From a bacterium (GTDB lineage: Bacteria; JADJOY01): DNA of 20,000 nt. A model generated the notes under the pieces. The model did not search any database. It saw only the letters and a list, made by a program, of their open reading frames with translations, and was not told the origin of the DNA. Below, piece by piece: positions 18,024 to 20,000 of this stretch. The DNA is taken from NCBI GenBank assembly GCA_046331705.1, contig JAXLQJ010000042.1, positions 47,007-67,006 of the forward strand. The letters are read 5' to 3'. Made by a program: the position numbers and the translations under genes. Numbering within the stretch: the first letter of the stretch is position 1; each line of letters opens with the position of its first letter.

Positions 18024-19247
18024 TCAGAGCTCCATCTTCGAGACCGAGCCGTCGGCCCGGATGGTCTCGAACACGATCGACGCCTCGCGCTTCTCCGCCT
18101 TGCCGCCAGCGCGCGCCATCATCACCGGCATCGCGACCGCGAGGAAATCGTTGGGGTCGATGCAGCCCTCCGGCGGCTTCACGCCATGAGCGGTGATCTT
18201 GCCGTCGGCCAGCAACATGACGCCGATCGCCGCCGGGACGCCCGTGCCCTCGCCCAGCGCGCTCGACCCCGAGAACATGTGCACGCGCACCTCGATCGGC
18301 TCTCCGGACTTCCGCCCCTTCACCACCACCGTCATGCACCCGCGCTGCGTACCGAAGCGGGTCTCGCGGAGAATGCGCTCGCGTTCGCGGATCAGGTACG
18401 CGACCGCGAAATCGTAGGGCGTGACGCGCTGGCCGCCGACGTCGATCGGCTCGCGGCTGGAAAGCCCGAGCCGACACATCTCGCCGGTGAGGTTGTAGTA
18501 CTCGATCGGGATCACCGAGCCCTTGTTGGTCACCTGGCGCACCTTCAGGAAGCGCGGCAGCGTCACCTGCTCGGGATGCGGATACGGAAACACCGGAACC
18601 GGGCCCAGATTCGGGAAATCGAAGTCCTCGCGCAGCGCGATCCCGTCGGGCTCGAAGTACTTCACGTAGGTGAGCTTGCCGTCGAGGAACATCGGGATGT
18701 CGATGCTCATGCAGTGGAAGCGGTGCCCGATGACGCCGGGCCCCTCGATCGGCTCGCCGCCATGGCAGTGATAGATGTCGACCGAGTCCGTCTCGTCGAG
18801 CTGATTGTCGGCGATGTACTTGGCGAGCAGGTTCGTGGCGCCAGGCGACGCCCCCATGCCGATCACCGCCGTGACCCCCGCGCGCTTGGCCTCGTCGTCG
18901 AGCTTGAGGATGTCGAGCGTCACGTCGACGTCGTCGCAGATGTCGACGTAGGGCTTCTTCGCCGCGAGCACCGCCGCGAGCACCGTCTTCACGGTCTTGT
19001 AGAAGGGGCCCACGCAGTTGAGGACGTAGTCCGCGTCGGCGATCAGCTTCGCGACACTCGCCTGGTCGCCCGCATCCACGGTGGCGAAGCTCACCTTGCC
19101 GTTGCCGACCTGCGCCTGGATCTCGCGAGCGCGCGCCTCGTTCACGTCGCCGATCACCACCTGCGTGAACGCGTCCTGCATCGCCAGCGTCTTGACCGCC
19201 ACGCTGCCCACCGCGCCGCATCCGCCCAACACGACGACCTTGCTCAT
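18024..19247 (-). CDS. Saccharopine dehydrogenase-like NAD(P)-dependent oxidoreductase
   Basis: Rossmann VVVLGGCGAVG, LNCVGPFY, YVDICDD, GMGASPGATNLLA and HPEQVTLPR. Strong RBS GAGGAGGAGGGGGG before ATG. Confidence 0.92.
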   Translation of the reverse strand: MSKVVVLGGCGAVGSVAVKTLAMQDAFTQVVIGDVNEARAREIQAQVGNGKVSFATVDAGDQASVAKLIADADYVLNCVGPFYKTVKTVLAAVLAAKKPYVDICDDVDVTLDILKLDDEAKRAGVTAVIGMGASPGATNLLAKYIADNQLDETDSVDIYHCHGGEPIEGPGVIGHRFHCMSIDIPMFLDGKLTYVKYFEPDGIALREDFDFPNLGPVPVFPYPHPEQVTLPRFLKVRQVTNKGSVIPIEYYNLTGEMCRLGLSSREPIDVGGQRVTPYDFAVAYLIRERERILRETRFGTQRGCMTVVVKGRKSGEPIEVRVHMFSGSSALGEGTGVPAAIGVMLLADGKITAHGVKPPEGCIDPNDFLAVAMPVMMARAGGKAEKREASIVFETIRADGSVSKMEL

Positions 19248-19289
19248 GATCCCCCCTCCTCCTCGACGAACCTGCGTGCCGCAGCGCGC

Positions 19290-19370
19290 TCACGACGCGA
19301 TCGGGATCAGCCCCTCGGCCCGCGCCGCCTCGTCCACTCGCGCATCGAACGCCAGAACGTACACCGGATC
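19290..19370 (-). pseudogene. Possible 3' remnant of a PIN-domain (VapC-like) toxin gene
   Basis: The minus strand reads DPVYVLAFDARVDEAARAEGLIPIAS*, resembling VapC C-termini (FD..L..AA..EGL). The frame is closed by a TAG about 18 codons upstream. Confidence 0.35.
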
Positions 19371-19459
19371 ACGCGCGCCCGTCCTGACGGCGTAGCTTCC
19401 CGAGCACCGCGCGCACCGAGACTACCGTCGAGACGCGCGATCGGTCACGATGTCTCGCC

Positions 19460-20000
19460 TTGAGTCGCCCCACGCAAGCGGTCACCCCATCGCCCGAACC
19501 CTCTGCCAGGGGGTTCACCGCGCGACGCCAGCTCATCCGGAAAATCACGTGTCTTGCACTCTGCGCAACCACCGCTCCCGCGTGCACGACGATTCGCGCC
19601 GCGCACGAGCTAGCCAGCTCCAATCCGGTATGCGGCATCGCGGTGTCGGAATCGATAGAGGGCCAGAGTCCGATCATCGAGTGGACGGCGGACTACCGGC
19701 TCCCACCCGCCTTCGACGCCATGCTCTGGGTGCCCGGGTACGTGGTCACCCGTCGAGGCCGGTTCGCCGTACCCGTCCCGATCTCCACCGCAATCGCACT
19801 CGAGCGCGGAGCGGACCGCCCCGAGCGACTTCCACCAGCGCGGGCTGTCGAGCTTCAAACCTGCACGCTGCACCTGCGCTTCGCGACGCCGGAGACCCAC
19901 CGGATGGAGAATGCCGAGGGGCTCGTGATTCTGCGCGCGCGCGTTCGCGAGTTCGAGCCGAGGCGAACCGCGATCGTGGCGCTCGATGATCACGGCGGGG
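19460..20000 (+). CDS. Hypothetical protein, possibly an exported lipoprotein, 3'-partial
   Basis: A frame open from TTG 19460 to the window end, not listed in the ORF track: ...ARRQLIRKITCLALCATTAPACTTIRAAHEL...IEWTADYRLPPAFDAMLWVPGYVV.... Signal-like segment and globular composition, but weaker codon bias and an uncertain start. Confidence 0.4.
   Translation, partial: MSRPTQAVTPSPEPSARGFTARRQLIRKITCLALCATTAPACTTIRAAHELASSNPVCGIAVSESIEGQSPIIEWTADYRLPPAFDAMLWVPGYVVTRRGRFAVPVPISTAIALERGADRPERLPPARAVELQTCTLHLRFATPETHRMENAEGLVILRARVREFEPRRTAIVALDDHGG

Overview
Very GC-rich bacterial DNA, probably from a MAG. It holds four blocks. (1) A split beta-1,2-glucan-type carbohydrate locus: on the + strand, a 5'-partial discoidin (F5/8C)-(alpha/alpha)6 glycosidase-like gene and a stand-alone Cgs/NdvB-type GH94 phosphorylase; on the - strand, a secreted glycoamylase-domain (beta-1,2-glucanase clan) enzyme and a MalK-type ABC ATPase. 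(2) A ~4.5 kb block between those halves: a small secreted protein, a His-rich membrane domain fused to a five-CxxCH cytochrome c, a membrane-anchored beta-propeller-like protein, and a diverged, internally deleted duplicate of the cytochrome's C-terminus. (3) A PlsC-type acyltransferase. (4) A - strand run of saccharopine dehydrogenase-like oxidoreductase, FGGY kinase, acyltransferase-3 and pirin. Seven apparent frameshifts cluster at ~5060-7040 across three unrelated genes, most likely a local sequencing artefact. No RNA genes, CRISPR arrays or mobile elements were seen. All family calls come from motif recognition by eye; no database searches were run.
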